Source: Eledone cirrhosa
Taxonomy: Eukaryota
DNA: 64,000 nt
NCBI GenBank assembly: GCA_964016885.1
Contig: OZ024740.1
Location: 350,424,001-350,488,000, forward strand
Direction: 5' to 3'
Shown: positions 58,855-64,000 of the stretch, piece by piece
Position numbering within the stretch: position 1 is the stretch's first letter
How the letters are laid out: every line of letters begins with the position of its first letter
Translations under genes and position numbers: made by a program
The notes under the pieces: generated by a model
The model's database searches: none
What the model saw: the letters and a program-made list of their open reading frames with translations, nothing else
What the model was told of the DNA's origin: nothing

Positions 58855-59548
58855 ATATATATATATAGATGTGTATGTATATGTATATGTGTACACATAG
58901 ACTAGAGTATGTATGTATATATGTGTGTGTCTATACGTGTGTATATAAAGATAAGTTGAGTATGAAAATGTATACACATGAACGCGTATGTATGTACATG
59001 AATACATGTGTGTATATATATATGTATGCATGTGTATATGTATGTAAGTATGAATATGTGAATGTGAGTATATGTATTTTGTAGAGGTGTGCAAATGCGT
59101 GGGTGAAAGGATACGTACACTTGAAAGAAAAATTTAAGTCTGAATGTTAATTAAGTGCAAACACAAAACCAACCACGCATATCTTTACTATCTCTAATCC
59201 TTCTATAGATTTAGAAAAATAACCAATAATATATTCTATAAAAATGTCAAAACAACAGATGGGAATCTAATTACTCACTGCCAGCAAAAATTCTCACTGC
59301 TATCAAAAAACTACTCCCTCAACTATTCTTCTAACAACTTCACCCCTCCCTCCTAATATTCTCTATAAAAACCAAATAGGTCCTCAGTAATATTATTCTG
59401 ATGAAATGACAGTAAATAATAACATTGAAATATTGAATGTCTGAATAACTAAAACTTTGTAGATAGCAGCTGTTTTCAGGTTATGTAACTGTTATAGAAA
59501 CACGTGTCAATAAATTCCTTACAACTAAACTGTATCCATTCAAATCTT
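57520..59548 (+). mobile_element. 5'-truncated Hydra-like PLE family B
   Basis: YYDNALSKAGY; ORF 57695-58501 with LWYNPEY, CNC..CPL...CL, IIYKC..YYVGST..FKSR, CKLC.LE, CRH; hammerhead near 3' end. Confidence 0.88.
59393..59513 (+). ncRNA. Hammerhead motif with long stem II insertion, family B
   Basis: TTATT-CTGATGA-A-ATGACAGT...ACTGTTAT-A-GAA-ACACGTGT-C-AATAA. Confidence 0.8.
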
Positions 59549-59577
59549 TCTCTCTCTCTCTCTATATATATATATAA

Positions 59578-59634
<57 letters not shown>

Positions 59635-60090
59635 CACAAACGTAAGTACATGTACAACAATACATACGTAAAAGTTCCTCTTTATTATGGCTGCTATTCG
59701 GCAATCTGTACGTTCACAGATTATTGTTATTGAAAGTAAAGAATTTATTTATATTTTCCTCATTTTTGTTGCCAGTAATGCCTGAGTCTGAGAATGTTAA
59801 GCTGTAAGTAATAAATAAATTAGCATATGGAAAATTTCAAAAGTGAAATATGCAGACTGCATATGACTGTCAAAATATAAAATTATATTAAAAACGGAAG
59901 AAGGAAATATATATCAAATATTTCAAATAACAAAATTGTACTATATGAGTAGAGTATTCATATGAGTATTCTCGTCTGAGATTTTAGTTTGATTACACAC
60001 ACAATCACAGGGATTTAGTAGTGTGAGAATGTATGATGTTATTCCACTCTATGTCTTTATTCAATGAAAAATGGCGTCGTAGGTTGTATG

Positions 60091-60158
<68 letters not shown>

Positions 60159-60204
60159 CATATATGGGTGGATGGATAGATGGATGTATGTATATATATA
60201 TATA

Positions 60205-60291
<87 letters not shown>

Positions 60292-60342
60292 ATGGATGTA
60301 TAGATGTATGTAGGCATATATATATGTATATATATATATATT

Positions 60343-60595
<253 letters not shown>

Positions 60596-61214
60596 GAATC
60601 ATCTTTCAGTTTAAGTATTCAATATGCTATTTATATTGAGAGATATGACACTGTGGAGTACATGTGCTTGCAACAGGTTATTAAAATCTATCTTGCGAGA
60701 CAATACATACGTTACAAAATATGATTAACTGCTTAGAAATAACATCATTCAGTTGAAACACATTACGAATATATGTACGTATGTATGTCTCTATATACAT
60801 GTATATATCTATGTGTGTGTGTATGTGTGTTTGTGTGTGTATGTGTATAGATAAGGACATATATATATGTATATGCTGTATGTGTAGGTGTGTGGGTGTG
60901 GGTATGTGTGCGCGTGAAACGTTATATTTTTATAAATATATAAAGTACTGCAATCACAAACTTAACACATATTAAAGTCTACGCAATTACATATATGCAC
61001 TTAGGAAGCTGGCATAAACTACTATTTTCACCTTTACACTTCCACTCTCTCTCTCTCTGTCTCTCTCTCTGTATATATATATATATATATAAATATATAG
61101 TATATCACATCATAATATATCATATTATATCACACTCTGCTCTGCAAGAACATAGAGTGCTCAACCTGCATACCGCCTATGGAAGCATCTTAGCTACCAT
61201 CAGACACACACACA

Positions 61215-61291
<77 letters not shown>

Positions 61292-61364
61292 GAAAAGAGT
61301 CAGGACCCTGAAGGCTGAGCTCCGGCCGTTTCGACAGCTATATATATATATATATATATAAATG

Positions 61365-61453
<89 letters not shown>

Positions 61454-61455
<2 letters not shown>

Positions 61456-63320
61456 TAATTCAAAATATTAACAAAAATAGACATTCGTGTGATCAAGTAT
61501 ATTTTATTATACATATTTCAGAGGTACTGAGCTACCTTCAACAGTACGCCCTCATCAGATAAAATTAGATGATGCATGATATACTTATAACTTTACTATA
61601 AAATTATTTATTTATTATATGTATATGGATCACTAATATCGTTTTGAGTTCCGAACAGAATACTCTGTATGTGTTTGGACAAATATGAATATCTGGTTTA
61701 ATAACAGGCTTCTAGATACATTTATATGTACTCTAGATACTTAAGGACATTCCGGTGTTATAATTGTTAAATATTTTCTAGATTACATAACGATTATTTT
61801 TTTTTTATTTAATTAAATCCGGGTTACCTTCGGGTCGATGAAAATCTTAAGTTTTCTCTTTCTCATGTTTGCAGACACTTTAAATATGATACTATACTAC
61901 TATATAGATCCTTAAAAACTTTCTTATATTTTAAATGATATAACTTAGATATTTGGCACTTATATGATCGCAAACAATTTACTTATTTATTTTGAATCTG
62001 GTTTGTTTCCTTATGATTCATGAAATTGTTATAGCATATGTATTACATGATCCTAAGATACAATAATTGATCTAAAACCTTAATTGTAACAATATTAACA
62101 GTAACTTATTTATTCTATTATATTATATTGTGTTATGTATAAATGACTAATGTCGTCTTGAACTTTAGACAATATACTCTTTGTATATATTTGGACAAAT
62201 GCATATATCAAATTTAATAATAACTTTTTAAAGTTTAATTTAGATGCTTTAGGGCATTATAATTGTTAATTTTAAATTTTTAAAGTTATAACTGTAATTA
62301 TTTTCTAAATTATATAGTGAGAATTATTTTAGTATGGGAAAATAATATAAGATAATATAATTTAATATGGTTTAACTTCGTGTTGATGAAAATACTAAGT
62401 TTATTTCTCATGTTTGAAAATACTTTAAATATGATTTTATAAATTAAATATGTTAGTATACTTTAATATTAATATAGACATTTATAAACTTTTATAGCCA
62501 GAAATATTATACCTTTAGATTAATCCATTATTCTGAACTAACATAAGGAATTTGAAATTTAACGGTCAGCCGGATAAGTTTGGATATATATGGTGTATAA
62601 ATAATTGTTAATATATTTCTTATTAATTGAGGACTCGAAATTAAACCCTCATATAATTACATCCAGATATATTTAATATGTAGATAGATGGATACTTCTA
62701 GATAATTCAAAGATTCGAGTTTACTCTTTCACAAAGCTATACCCAAATGTATATTCATGTATTTATCTATGGTTTATACTATAAAAATTATTCCCATTTG
62801 TCTCTCTATCCTTGATCAATTCTCTTTTGCTTTCTATACTTCTAGTAACTATATTTTTTCCTCATCTATTTTTCTCTGTCTTTCTTCTTTCTTTCTTCTT
62901 TCTTCAATAATTTAAATTATTTGAATCTCTAACAGTTATGTAAATTGCTATTATGTATTTTTAAGCTTTCTCACACGCACCCTCTGTATTATATGTAAGT
63001 TTTTTCATGTCTCAATCTTAAGGTATATAAATATTGAGTCTTGTCATATCATATTCACTACCATGACTGAATCTTAACCATCTACTATGCCAGGGTATGT
63101 CATGCATCATCTTATTTTATCTGATGAGGACGTACTGTTGAAGATAGCTCAGTACCTCTGAAATATGTATAATAAAATATACTTGATCACACGAATGTCT
63201 ATTTTTGTTAATATTTTGAATTAATATTAATAACTCCGGAAAACCATTTTTGTTGAGTGCTTCCAATCTATTGTAAAACTCATTCTTTGATTTATTCATT
63301 GAACCTTGTTTAACCTTTAA
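61454..63320 (+). mobile_element. Non-coding PLE family J insert: inverted head 61454-61580, long AT-rich UTR, terminus 63060-63320
   Basis: Head is inverse of 63100-63225; internal diverged duplication (61655-61890 vs 62170-62435); bounded by (TA)n. Confidence 0.8.
63113..63179 (+). ncRNA. Type I hammerhead motif, family J; inverse copy at ~61500-61566
   Basis: TATTTTAT-CTGATGA-GGACGTACTG..CAGTACCTCT-GAA-ATATGTAT-A-ATAAAATA. Confidence 0.82.
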
Positions 63321-63402
63321 ATATATATATATATATATGCGCAACATTTTTTAAATCAAACCTGAAGTATTAGAAATTTTATTTATGAAATGATGAATTA
63401 TA

Positions 63403-64000
63403 CGAGGTGTGTCAGAAAATTTCCAGGACTGATGTCACAAAAGATTTATTTCAAACCCAAACTTCACACTAAGAGTTTTCTCATTCAAAGTAACCCCCCT
63501 GGTGGAGTCTAATGCACTTTTCCATCCTTTTCTGCCACGCTTGCATGCACTCCTGGAAGGATTCTTCCGGGATCCTCCGCAGTTCCGTCGTCACGGCCTT
63601 TTTGATGTCGTCCACGTCTTCAAAACGGGTCGCCTCCGGGTCGTACTCGAAGATCCATGACTCATCCCCGGTGATGACTGTCCCAAGCAAGTCTGGTTTG
63701 GTTTCAAGACGCTCGCGGATGTCCTGGCACACTTGCATGCGTCGACCCTTCTGGTCATCGTTCAGCAGTTTTGGCACCATCTTCGCGCAGACTTTCCGCA
63801 TGTCCAAATCTTCAGTGAGAATCTTCCAGACGCTGTACCGATTCATGCCCAGCTCATTTGCCATCAGTCGAACAGTCAGCCGACGATCGCTACGCACCAG
63901 CTGCCTGACGCGCTCAACGTTGACCTCAGTCCTGGTTGTTGAGGACCTTCCGCTCCTGGGGTCATATTGCAACAATCAAAAACACCTGAGCGTGACATCG
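63403..64000 (-). mobile_element. Internally deleted mariner transposon (may extend past the window end)
   Basis: ORF 63481-63975: RSGR, DRRLTVR, KMVPKLL, ITGDESW..YDPE, W.KR..KCI..QGGYFE; TA plus CGAGGTGTGTCAGAAAAT TIR-like end. Confidence 0.92.

Noticed and set aside
61292-61340. Short GC-rich insert with CTGAAGG and CGTTTCG
   Set aside because: The two half-motifs lie on opposite strands and do not form a hammerhead

Overview
AT-rich eukaryotic non-genic or intronic DNA. Microsatellite density and SINE type suggest an octopod cephalopod (inference). I found no supportable host gene. Most listed ORFs are translations of (TA)n, (CA)n or (GA)n repeats. The window is a dense patchwork of retroelements: several families of Penelope-like elements (PLEs; Neptune-like, Hydra-like and a third RYVDD-type lineage), RTE and Tx1/L1 LINE remnants, tRNA-derived Meta-type SINEs, and hAT, mariner and pogo-type DNA transposon remnants. 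The main signal is a set of roughly 17 sequence-distinct type I hammerhead ribozyme (HHR) motifs, about 30 copies read by eye. They sit in PLE 3' ends and in short non-coding fold-back elements inserted into (TA)n tracts. Several inserts are chimeras of different PLE families, joined head-to-head or by template jumps. One insert shows telomerase-like reiteration of a 24-nt unit. Coordinates were read by eye and are approximate to a few bases; element boundaries are less exact.
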